Positions 1 through 10,023 of a stretch of 64,000 bases of DNA are shown in pieces (within the stretch, counting starts at the first letter, position 1; the number at the start of each line of letters is the position of its first letter). The notes beneath the pieces were generated by a model. That model was not told the DNA's origin, ran no database searches, and saw nothing but the letters and a program-made list of their open reading frames with translations. Source of the DNA: Blepharisma stoltei ATCC 30299 (taxonomy: Eukaryota; Protista; Ciliophora); assembly GCA_965603825.1 (NCBI GenBank), contig CBFDEM010000011.1, forward strand, positions 682,001 to 746,000, written 5' to 3'. A program made the position numbers and the translations under genes.

Positions 1-848
1 AAGTAAATACAGCACAAGAATTGAATTTCAACATAGAAATAAGCAATGCGCTTAGATGCGCAAACATATTTAAAGGAGACCCTTATATTAAAGTACCAAA
101 AATGTATACTGATTTCAGCACAGATAAAGTTGTTACTATGGAATTTATTGATGGTGTATTAGTTACCAATATTTCTGGGATCCAGAAAATGGGCTTGGAT
201 TTTAAAGATATAGCTCATACATTATCAAGGGCTTTTAATGAAATGATTTTTGTACATGGATTTGTGCATTGCGACCCACATCCAGGAAATATTCTAATTC
301 GGCCATCTAAGGTGCGAGGAAAGGCTGAAGTTGTGCTGCTCGACCATGGGCTATACAAAGAATTGCCTATAAATGTAAAAAACAGCTATTCGGGTATGTG
401 GAAAAGTATCATTCTTAAAGATGAAGATGGGATGAAAAAGCATGCAGCAGAACTCGGAGTCACCTCTATGTACCCTTTACTAGCAGGAATGATGGTGGGA
501 AGACCATGGGAAGAAATCATGAGCAATGCTGAAGGATTTGAAAAGTTTAGGAATGCCCGTGCCTATGCCTCAGACAAAGAAGCATTGAGAAGCCATGCAC
601 TGAGGTGAAACAGAGAAATTAATCAAATTTTAGGGCTGATTAATAGAGATTTGGTACTATTGTTTAAGACTTTTGAGTGACTTAGAGCTATTGATGCTGA
701 GCTTGGAGCTCCAATTAACACTATTCAGATTATTGCAGACTATTGTACAAGAAATAATACCAGCTTGTGGGCGAGATGGTGGATTCAGTTCAAAATGTGG
801 ATTTTCGTAAGGGTTATGATTTGGATGGGATGGGTAGGGCTTCTGTAA
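1..848 (+). CDS. ABC1/UbiB (ADCK1/5-like) atypical kinase, 5'-partial
   Basis: Motifs VVTMEFIDG, FVHCDPHPGN and LLDHGL. The frame continues through two TGA (Trp) codons (606, 678) to TAA at 846-848. Confidence 0.9.
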
Positions 849-934
849 TACACAATAATCGGGAAAATATTTAGTAATTAAATGGGTTTATTAATTAAGC
901 AATAATATTCTTATAGAAAACTTCCTCGTTTATA

Positions 935-2341
935 TTAAAAATAATAATATAATTTGTCCCCAATATTCCCAAAACGCTTTGGGTATGATATTTTTACCTC
1001 TTTATCCGAATTATCAATACAAATTCTTGTTACAAAATTCAGCCTTTCTTTGGCCTCAACTCTAATTTGGGTTGTAAAAACATTGTAAATAATAGTACAT
1101 GAAAAAATTTCTAGTGAAAATGCAATGTAAATAAGAGCCAAAGTAGCATGTGGGTTGTCACTTAAATTGCCAACGGTGTATGAAATATATAGCAGTAAAA
1201 CTAATATTCCTAGTAGTGCTGATAATGATGATAAAATAATGATTTTCCTGAACACTATGCCATCTTCTTCTGTAAGATTAAGAATATAATGGCTTACTTC
1301 TCCATGTTTGGTGTGAAGCCTATAATTATAGTCTTCATGCTTAGTTGTGTCTCTTATGAATATTTCAGAAGTCACAGAAGTGTTTTCACTTTCAAAGGTA
1401 TTTCAAGTGCAATCTTGTTTTTGCCAATTATGGAAGTCTGCCACATTATTTGATCCATCTACCAGGCCTATTTCTTCATTCCGCTTATTTGCAGAATCAT
1501 CAAAAAATAGAGCTAGTGATGATCTTCTAAAAGGGCTTGGGGATGATGGCACATCTTCTCTCTTTTCTTGCAAAAAGATATTCTGTGTTTCTGACAAAGC
1601 GATGCTGTTTTGAAATCTTAATTCGATTTCTTCAGATTTGCCAGCGTTGCTATCTACATAGCAAAAGAGTAAAATGGTAAACATTATGAATCCCATTACA
1701 AGAATAACAATCCCTACGCCAACACAGCATGATCCGAGTATATAAACGGTTGAGTCTGAGTATCTTAGTCCTTTAAGAATGCTCATAATTGATACACAAG
1801 GGAAAGATAATATCATTATCCATAAGAGAAATCTGCGCAGAATCCTAAAAGGGTCAGTTTTCTTAGAAGCCATACCTTGATACAAGCCGCCTCATACAAG
1901 TAAAACGCATGTATAAACTCCATAAAGTATAGGATAAGTAATTTCCCCCAATAAACGGTCTCCTACTCTTGGCATTTTGTTTCGTAAACATAACGGATCA
2001 TAAGAGATCCATATTCCTCTTAAAAGTCCGATTAAGCTGATAAAAAATAAACTTAAATGCTTAGGGCTTCTTAAAAGCCTCACGAAGAGCCTGTTAATCC
2101 CCAAATGCTTGTCACTTTTTATAGCTTTATAAAGCTTGTATAAAGCAAGAACAAAAAGCAAAAAATATAAAATAGAAAACAAGACCACAAGTCCTTTTCA
2201 GGCTTTTTCACCTCATTCGTCAATACCACTACTAGTGCATGTCTTTCCAAACCAGCCTAAGTCACAGCTGCAATCTCCTGATATACAGTCTCCATGTTCA
2301 TTACAATCTGTATAAGAATCGCATTCTTTGGGTCTATTCAT
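935..2341 (-). CDS. EGF-like domain plus multi-pass (about 7 TM) membrane protein
   Basis: ATG 2341 gives MNRPKECDSYTDCNEHGDCISGDCSCDLGWFGKTC (EGF-like). Track ORFs 1892-2188, 1403-1885 and 935-1375 are one frame joined by TGA=Trp (468 aa). About 7 hydrophobic segments with a long loop before the last two. Confidence 0.8.
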
Positions 2342-2584
2342 AAATTATGGATTTATTTCTAAAGTTTTTAAATAATTGCAGAACTATCATTTAATTGCGT
2401 TCAAGTATGACTATTAACTTGTTAAAAAAATTTAATGAAAATAAGCTTGCATGCTTACTATTTATAAGGCTTAGCATTATGTGTAACGCTTGCCTATATA
2501 GCGAAATTAACTTGACATTTTTCTAAGGACAATTTATTTCTCATTTGGCTAAATTGCTCAAGAATAATATATTATCAGATAGTT

Positions 2585-3154
2585 TTATTCTAAATCAAAA
2601 TGTTTATGCTTATAATTGACTTGGTACGACATATAAGTACTCCAAAACATAGCAGTAATGCACCCAAAAGTCACTTGAAAATGCAATGGTAGAAACCCGA
2701 AGCTAATTATAGCAACGAAAGGCCAGACTTTTATGCCAGTAAGTCATACTTCCACAATACCATTCTTAATCTTTGTAATTCCTTGTGAAAAGCTACCACC
2801 CATTAGCAAAGTGACAAAGATAAAATAAGAACTCATTGCAATTCAGCTAAAAAAGAGTTGATCAACTAAAACCTTTTTAGCAACTGCTAATAAAGATCTT
2901 CCAGGAATTGCCTTGTAAAGGTAGCCAAGCCAATTGTGATATAGAGGTGCTGAAAAGAAAAATCCATATAGACCCATTTTGAAAGAGCGTTCGATTTGGT
3001 AATTTGCGGAAAATCCGAGGTGATGTGCGCGTTTTTCTATATACTGAGATAGAATATCTCCTAATATTGCTGTACAAAATGCAGTGCAGGATTTGGTAAT
3101 AAGAGGCTTTTGAATAAGTTTGTTCTCATATCAAAGAAATAGTTTTAAAGCCAT
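2585..3154 (-). CDS. Mpv17/PMP22 family membrane protein
   Basis: Manual translation with TGA=Trp: KPLITKSCTAF..GDILSQ..ERSFKMGLYG..KKVLVDQ..KVWP..WSTYMSY, the typical Mpv17/PMP22 pattern. 189 aa. Missed by the ORF track. Confidence 0.88.
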
Positions 3155-3530
3155 TTGGCTATTAAAATTGTTGAATAAAAGTATGTTCAATTGTGGATTA
3201 GATGAAAGATTTATTTAAATTTCATTATATGAATGGGCTATTTAGCATCATTTATATATAATCAATAATGCTAGTACCTTATTTTTTAAAATATTATGAC
3301 GATTATCTCTTGACGGAAGTAGAAAAATTAATTTAAAAAATATTTAATCTTAGATTCTTAGCTGTTTAATAGAGCTTTCACATATTTTAGAATTTTGATA
3401 TTTTATTAAACTGAAAAATCTTAAAAATTGCTTAATTTTTCATTTAATAACTCACTCAAATATATTTAATTAAAAGCTCTTGAAGTTATATTAAATTAGT
3501 TCTTATGTATCCGTTTTTACAAATATGCTT

Positions 3531-3827
3531 TTAAGATTTCCATTCATCTTCACTTCCTTCAAGTTTTTTAGGTTCCCTAATGCACAGACAATCCCATATA
3601 AACCTCACAACAAAAGCAAGTAAAAACCCAATAATCAAACCTCCAATTATCATCAAAAACAGCACGAAAAAATTTACCCTTGTCACAATTCCCAGATCTT
3701 CTTCACAGTAATGTCCAGCATAAGGTGATTTACAGAAACAAATTTGATTTTGGCAATATCCGCCATTTATACATGCTGGGCTACAAGAATTATCTCCTTC
3801 AACTGCACTTACATTATAGCTTGCCAT
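3531..3827 (-). CDS. small EGF-like domain plus single TM protein
   Basis: CSPACINGGYCQNQICFCKSPYAGHYC followed by a hydrophobic helix and a short tail. Confidence 0.75.
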   Translation of the reverse strand: MASYNVSAVEGDNSCSPACINGGYCQNQICFCKSPYAGHYCEEDLGIVTRVNFFVLFLMIIGGLIIGFLLAFVVRFIWDCLCIREPKKLEGSEDEWKS

Positions 3828-3907
3828 TTGAAAAGATTTATAATTAGATCCCTAATATGGAATTGGATAAAAAAGTCTTAGCAATTATAAATTATATCAT
3901 TTAAACT

Positions 3908-4189
3908 TTACATTTCATCTGACCTTAAATCAGCCTCTGAATTTCGAGAACAATATGCGGTTTTATTCCTCGTTCGGGAATGGAGTGACGATACTCTAGA
4001 ATTCTGACTCACATCTTCCGTAGAATGCCTCGCATCTTCTGGTGGACTTTCTTTTGTACTTGAATGTATAACCGTTGTATATATAACTCCACAATTTATA
4101 AACTCCTCTTGTGGACATACTTTGGCAAAGACATTAGCCTGTGATTTCCTCATAATTTTAGCTTTTCCAAGAGATGGACGGCAGCCCAT
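3908..4189 (-). CDS. small hypothetical protein with MGC N-terminus (possible dual acylation)
   Basis: ATG-TAA ORF, more GC-rich than its flanks, starts MGC. Confidence 0.5.
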   Translation of the reverse strand: MGCRPSLGKAKIMRKSQANVFAKVCPQEEFINCGVIYTTVIHSSTKESPPEDARHSTEDVSQNSRVSSLHSRTRNKTAYCSRNSEADLRSDEM

Positions 4190-4851
4190 AATCTGATTTA
4201 ATTAAATTCCATTTAATCGCCTATAGCTTTGAATTGAAAAAAACCGTAAAATCAAAATTTTTTATATATTAAATAATTTTCCTTATTTCAATGCCTTAAG
4301 TTGAGCTTATTAATTTTCATTGAAATAATTATTTTAGATAAATGGAAGGATTTTTTAAATAAGAAATTTGAATGATAATTTTAAGTAACAAGTTTGATCA
4401 GCATAATTATGAAACTTTAATGTTATTGAAGAAAAGCTAGCTTTTATGGACTGAAGAATGCTAATTATTATGCTTATTTATTGCCTGAAACGCAGGCATG
4501 CGTTAAATATTTATGAGGAATTGAAGTTTTTATCAATTAGTTAATTAAATCATGGAACTAAGGGTATGCTGGATTATAGTAGGAATGCTTCTATAAGTAT
4601 TATCTAGCCGCTTAGCTAAGGAATAGCTGATATAGAAACCTTATTATTAAGTCAATAATTTCGTATTAAATTTAGACTATATCATTATAAAATTCTATTC
4701 AAATAATCAACAAATATTTCTTTTTAAATAAAATTATCTTAAGTTTTTAATAGGTTTTATTTTCCCTTAATTTATATATTAGTCTAGGCTAATTAATAGC
4801 TATATAATATTTATGATTAGAGTTTTGCATTTTTGCTTGCATTATTTTTAA

Positions 4852-6150
4852 TTATAAGCCATCTTCTATTTTATCTAATGTATTGCATGTTTTTCCAAAT
4901 GGCCCTTCTTTTTTAAAATGATAGCTGTAGTGGCTTCCCTAAATATTAACTACTTTTAATACTTTCCCACATATAGAACAAAAACGAGTTTTGCATGGAC
5001 ATATTAAATAATTGCAGCCATTATTCTTATCAACTTCACTATGACAATTTGGGCAGGCCAAATATTTGCTCAAAAATTTTTCTTCATCTTCATTCTTAAG
5101 CTTAAAATCTTCACAAGTAATATTCTGATGTTTATTATTGCATTTTAAACAGTAAAGATTTAAGCATGACGGGCATCGTAATTCTTCCAATTCTTCAGGT
5201 ATTTCTATGTAAACTCCACAATAAATGCATTGCTTTAAGATCAAGCCTTTTTCTTGTGGCTTATAAGTTCTTATTACTAAATTTAAATACTTATCATAAT
5301 ATTCTTTTGATATTATAGATTTTACTTGCTCAATTGAAATTGTGTTAGGGCATCCGGGACAAACAAAATCATAGGCATTCACTTTTGAGTTGTCAATAAG
5401 TTTTTCAACATGCTTGAGTATGCATAAATGGCAATAGCGATGATTACAGACCAGAGTTATCCCACTATTAGCTGTAGCATTGCAAAGTCTGCAAGTGAAT
5501 TTTTGGACTTCTGGGTCTTGATTTTTAGTTCTATAAAATAAGTTGCTCTTTTTGCTCTGAATTAATATATTTGTCTCTATTACTTTGTTACATATTAAGC
5601 AATAAATATCTTTAGATGCATCCTTTCGTAATAATTGTTTGCTTACCATATTTTCATAGCAATCTGTACAATAGAAATGGCCACAGATAATTTTTATAAC
5701 GTTTTGGAAATACATAAAACATCTAGAGCATTTTCTATATATCTTTTTGGGATTTTTAGTAAGAGAATCGATCTCAGGCTGATGACTTCTGTAAATAAAA
5801 TAGTAAATATATAAGATCATAATAATAAGAATTGATATATTCAGTAAAATAATAGGCAGGTTTTCTAAGATCGAGCTTCTTCGATAAGAATATAGAATTG
5901 ATGATACTATTATTGAATAAAAAACACAAATCAGCTTCAAATTCATATAATTTTCCAATTCATTATAAAAAATCAAGATCACTGGAAGCAATAAAAATAT
6001 CCCTTCATAATGGCTATTAAACAATTCAACTGAACTTGCCGCGATAATAATCAAAATAAATCAGCAAATCAATAATTTCTTGTAAAAAGGCTTAAAATTT
6101 CAGCTTAAGAGTTTTATTAAATCATCTTGGCCTTGACTTCCATTATTCAT
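4852..6150 (-). CDS. RBR (RING-IBR-RING) E3 ubiquitin ligase with N-terminal TM segments and an extra RING
   Basis: ATG 6150, two TGA=Trp, RING (CSRC..CGHFYCTDC..CLIC), RING1 (CRLC..CNHRYCHLC..CPGC), IBR, RING2 (CPNC..GCNYLICPC..CSIC). A 15-nt intron at 4939-4953 extends the frame to TAA at 4852. Confidence 0.85.
4939..4953 (-). other. 15-nt spliceosomal intron
   Basis: GTAGTTAATATTTAG, phase 0, contains the in-frame TAG that ends the track ORF. Confidence 0.85.
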
Positions 6151-6207
6151 TTATTAAAGTTTATTTGAATTTAATGAAATCACATAAGCAATATTTTATT
6201 TAAAAGT

Positions 6208-9200
6208 ATGGACTTTAGAAGAAACTCATACTGGGCTGAGTCAATTTCTTCAATTATGAAAAAAACTGAAGTAAATCTCAATCGACTCCAGAAGCCTATA
6301 AATAACTACTTAGATCGCCCTTCAACTTCAGTGGTTTATCCCAGGAATACAGATATGGGCTATGACTATCAGCCACGAACCAAATCCGCCTATGATGCAG
6401 ATGATATTCAATCTTCCAACAAAATAGACTCTTCAGCTATCAAATCTTTAGTAGAAAGGTTGATATCTGACAAACTGAGGCACCAAAAGCAAGCAATTAA
6501 TATGTTAAGTGAAAGAGTTACGGCTTTAGAAAATCACTCTGAATCTTCACATGAAAAAGATTATTCACAAAGACCGACATCAGGAAGTGATAGTAAGTTT
6601 TTATCTGAGCTGAAAAGAGTTGAAAAAAATTACAAGAACTTCATTACAGCAGAAGATTTAAAGATTTCAGAAGAAACTATAAAAAATACTAATATAAAGC
6701 TATTCGGACAATTGGAAGCTGATATGAGAGATTTAAGGAACAAAAATGAATCTTCTATAGAAGAAATCTATAATACAATTGAAAATAAGCTTAAAGAAAT
6801 AATGAAAAAAAACGCAATTAATAGAGATTTAGATGATCTAAAAAGCGAAATTATCCAAGAATCAGAAAATAAAATAAAACGGAGCCAAGATAAAATTAAT
6901 GTTCAATTTGAAGATTTTTCCAGCTCGATTTTAAAAAAACAAAGGGATCTTGAAAAAAAAATTGAAGAATTATACTCAAATTTTGCAAGTTTCCAAGAAA
7001 ATCATGACTCTTACGTAAAAGAAATTTCAAAAAATATGAACAACAATAGAGAAAATATATTGGTGAGCTTTGAAAGTTTTCAAACTGATATAAAAGAAAA
7101 AAATGCAAACATATTTAGTAAAATTGATAAAGATATCGAAAATTTGAAGAAATATGCTGACAACTTGTCTGTAAAAAACAAAGAATCTTTATCAGAAATA
7201 AGTGAAGAAATTGAAAATGTCCGCCAGGCTATTTCAAAAGATATAAACAAAGTTAAAGTTGATTTAGAAAAATTTAAAACTTCGAGCAATGAAAATGTTG
7301 AAAATGAGGTAGAGCAAATCACCAGAAAAATTGAAGAGTATAGGCTCGCTATAAAATCTATAAATTCATCAAATTTAGTATCAAAGATTGAACTAAATGA
7401 TGCTATTTCGAATGTTACTGACAAGATAAACCAATTGAGGTCTGCTAATTCTCAAAAGCAGGATTCTAAGATGTTTGCTACAAAGCTAGAGTTAGAAGCA
7501 GCTATAAGTGAAATCAAAGAAAATGCTGCAAGAAGTCCACAGAAAAAAATCCAAAATCCTAATCAAGATTTTTCTAATTTTGTGACTAAAGAGGAGCTCG
7601 CAGAATCAATACAATTATTGGAATCGAAAAAAAATATAGAGCCTCTAATTGAAAATCCAAATTTTGTTACCAAAAATGAGCTTAATCAGGTTAAATTGGA
7701 CTTACAGAAAGAAATTAAGTCTCAAGACAACAAAAATTATATAACAAGAGAAGAGTTTGTAGAAATTGAAGAAGCCATTAAATCTCAAGAAATAGATTCT
7801 TCAAAGTATGCAACAAAAGAGGACCTATCAGAAATTCAAGAAGAATTGGATGAATTTGACATTACAAGACATGCGACCAAAGAAGAGCTTTATGAAATTA
7901 AGAAAAACATAATTCAATCGCAAAGTCAAAGCCTAGATAAAGTCAATAAGCAATACAATGAATTTTCTTCGTCTATGAAACAAGAGATTAGCAATCTTGA
8001 GAAAAAAATAAATGAAATGAAAGAAGGGATCGATTTAGATATGTATGATTCTCAAAAAGATATTGCATCAAAATTGCAAAAGAAAATTGATGAACTCCAG
8101 AATGAAGAACCTAAAAGCCAGGCCCATGATTTATCAAATTTTGCAACAAAAGACGAGCTTAATGCAGTAAACAATGACATTCAGGGGAAATTAGTAGATG
8201 GCTTAAAAGGAATTGATTCAAGGTTAGATAATTATGCAATAAAAAAAGAAATTGATGAGATCATTGCTGAGATTCAGCAGAAACAAGAGAACAATAAGCT
8301 TCCACCTTTAGATCTTTCTAATTATGTGACCAGAGAAGAGCTTCAGAAATCAATGTCAGAGCATGAGGAAAGGAAAATAGTAAAAGAAGAAGCACCAAGC
8401 CAACAATTTTATTTAGATTCTGATAAATATATCAGTAAAGAAGAATTTGAAGAAAAAATTGTTACTAATGATTCAAAAAATGCTCAAAAATATGCCACAA
8501 AAGAAGAATTACATCAAGCAAAGCTGGAACTTGAAAGGAGCATTAATACAGCAAATTTTGAACCAAGTCTGCCTCAAATGGATTTAGAAAACTATGCATC
8601 AAAAGAAGACATCAACGAAATTAAGGAAGAATTTGAAGAAAAGATAGCAGAAAATAGAAATCATTGTAATAAAATTGATCAAGCCTTATTAAATTATAAT
8701 ACAAAACAAGAAATAAATGCTATCAAATCTGAAATAGAAAATAAAATGCTCGAAATTTCAAACAGTGCTTATCTTAAAAAAAATGAGCAAGATATTGATA
8801 ACAAGAAATTTGAGGATTTTAAACAAGAAATAATAATAATTCTGGAAAAAGACCTGGAAAGCTTAAAACAAGAATTGCGCCAAGAAATTTCTGAACAAAT
8901 GAAAACAGTTGACATATCAGCTTTTGTGAAGCAAGAAGAATTAATTCTTTTTAAAGCTGAAATTGAAAAAGAGCATGCTATTGAACTTGACACTATTAAA
9001 ACCCAATCATATTTCAATAGTTTTGTAGCTAAAAAAGAGTTTGATGAAAAAAAATTCGAAATTATCAGCTCTATCCAAGAAAATCTACAAATATATGCTG
9101 AAAAAAAAGACATTGAAAATTTCCTCACAAAAGATAATATAAACATCATAATTGATGAAAAACTCAAAGAAATCTTAAATAAGCTGATAAACATTGAAGG

Positions 9201-10002
9201 GAGTGTTGAAGAGCAAGCTCAATTATTTGAAAACAGGATATCCAGACTAGAAAGTAATAAGGGAAATTATATAGCAGAAGAAGAATATTTTAAGCCTGTC
9301 AAGCAGCCTATACCAGTCCATCATGAGCCACCTAAAGAAAAAGAGCCTGTGGTAGTCTCACAATTAATTGAGTTTGAGACCCCATCACCAATCATAAACA
9401 TTGAAGCTGAAATTCCAGTCATAGACCAGCCAATTTTTAATGTAAAATTAGCAAGACCAAGCCAAGACGATATTTTAATAATAGGGTCTGAAGAAAAATT
9501 CACCCAATCACAACCTAAGATTTTCCAAAATAGATCTCCAAATGAAAAATCACAAAAAAGTGAAATCTATGTGATGAGCGAAGATGAAATTGACTTTAAT
9601 TTAAGCCCAGAAGGACTAGGAGGGACTGGGAACGTAAAACAATCAGAAGAGGACGAATCCTCTTACGATTCTTATCCTAGTGACTCCTCTAAAGAGTTTT
9701 ATCCCTCTAACAGATCAGGTGATGAGAAAATAAAAGACGAAGACTTCCCAGAGGTAGAAATTATTGATTTCAGCATGAATAAATTCTCTTCTATTGATGA
9801 TATTGATTTACCTGGCATTTCTAGTCCTACTGAAAATAAAAAAATTGAAACCACCCCAAATGATCCAAATTTATCGAACCGCTCAAACTTCTTAAATAAA
9901 TTTGCGGTGCTATTGAGCACTAAATTTATAGAGGGAGAAGTAGAAAAAACTTTTGAAATTGCAGAGTCTGTGGTTAGAAGAAATAAAGGGAAAAAAGTTT
10001 AA
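6208..10002 (+). CDS. large coiled-coil protein with repeated (F/Y)(A/V)TK.E(L/F) motifs and acidic C-terminal tail
   Basis: Uninterrupted 1264-aa ORF, heptad-rich, about 19 motif copies. Confidence 0.85.
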   Translation: MDFRRNSYWAESISSIMKKTEVNLNRLQKPINNYLDRPSTSVVYPRNTDMGYDYQPRTKSAYDADDIQSSNKIDSSAIKSLVERLISDKLRHQKQAINMLSERVTALENHSESSHEKDYSQRPTSGSDSKFLSELKRVEKNYKNFITAEDLKISEETIKNTNIKLFGQLEADMRDLRNKNESSIEEIYNTIENKLKEIMKKNAINRDLDDLKSEIIQESENKIKRSQDKINVQFEDFSSSILKKQRDLEKKIEELYSNFASFQENHDSYVKEISKNMNNNRENILVSFESFQTDIKEKNANIFSKIDKDIENLKKYADNLSVKNKESLSEISEEIENVRQAISKDINKVKVDLEKFKTSSNENVENEVEQITRKIEEYRLAIKSINSSNLVSKIELNDAISNVTDKINQLRSANSQKQDSKMFATKLELEAAISEIKENAARSPQKKIQNPNQDFSNFVTKEELAESIQLLESKKNIEPLIENPNFVTKNELNQVKLDLQKEIKSQDNKNYITREEFVEIEEAIKSQEIDSSKYATKEDLSEIQEELDEFDITRHATKEELYEIKKNIIQSQSQSLDKVNKQYNEFSSSMKQEISNLEKKINEMKEGIDLDMYDSQKDIASKLQKKIDELQNEEPKSQAHDLSNFATKDELNAVNNDIQGKLVDGLKGIDSRLDNYAIKKEIDEIIAEIQQKQENNKLPPLDLSNYVTREELQKSMSEHEERKIVKEEAPSQQFYLDSDKYISKEEFEEKIVTNDSKNAQKYATKEELHQAKLELERSINTANFEPSLPQMDLENYASKEDINEIKEEFEEKIAENRNHCNKIDQALLNYNTKQEINAIKSEIENKMLEISNSAYLKKNEQDIDNKKFEDFKQEIIIILEKDLESLKQELRQEISEQMKTVDISAFVKQEELILFKAEIEKEHAIELDTIKTQSYFNSFVAKKEFDEKKFEIISSIQENLQIYAEKKDIENFLTKDNINIIIDEKLKEILNKLINIEGSVEEQAQLFENRISRLESNKGNYIAEEEYFKPVKQPIPVHHEPPKEKEPVVVSQLIEFETPSPIINIEAEIPVIDQPIFNVKLARPSQDDILIIGSEEKFTQSQPKIFQNRSPNEKSQKSEIYVMSEDEIDFNLSPEGLGGTGNVKQSEEDESSYDSYPSDSSKEFYPSNRSGDEKIKDEDFPEVEIIDFSMNKFSSIDDIDLPGISSPTENKKIETTPNDPNLSNRSNFLNKFAVLLSTKFIEGEVEKTFEIAESVVRRNKGKKV

Positions 10003-10023
10003 GAAAATAAATGATTATTATTT

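Noticed and set aside
4489-4504. Short inverted repeat AACGCA-GGCA-TGCGTT
   Set aside because: Single 6-bp stem with no supporting context, compatible with chance
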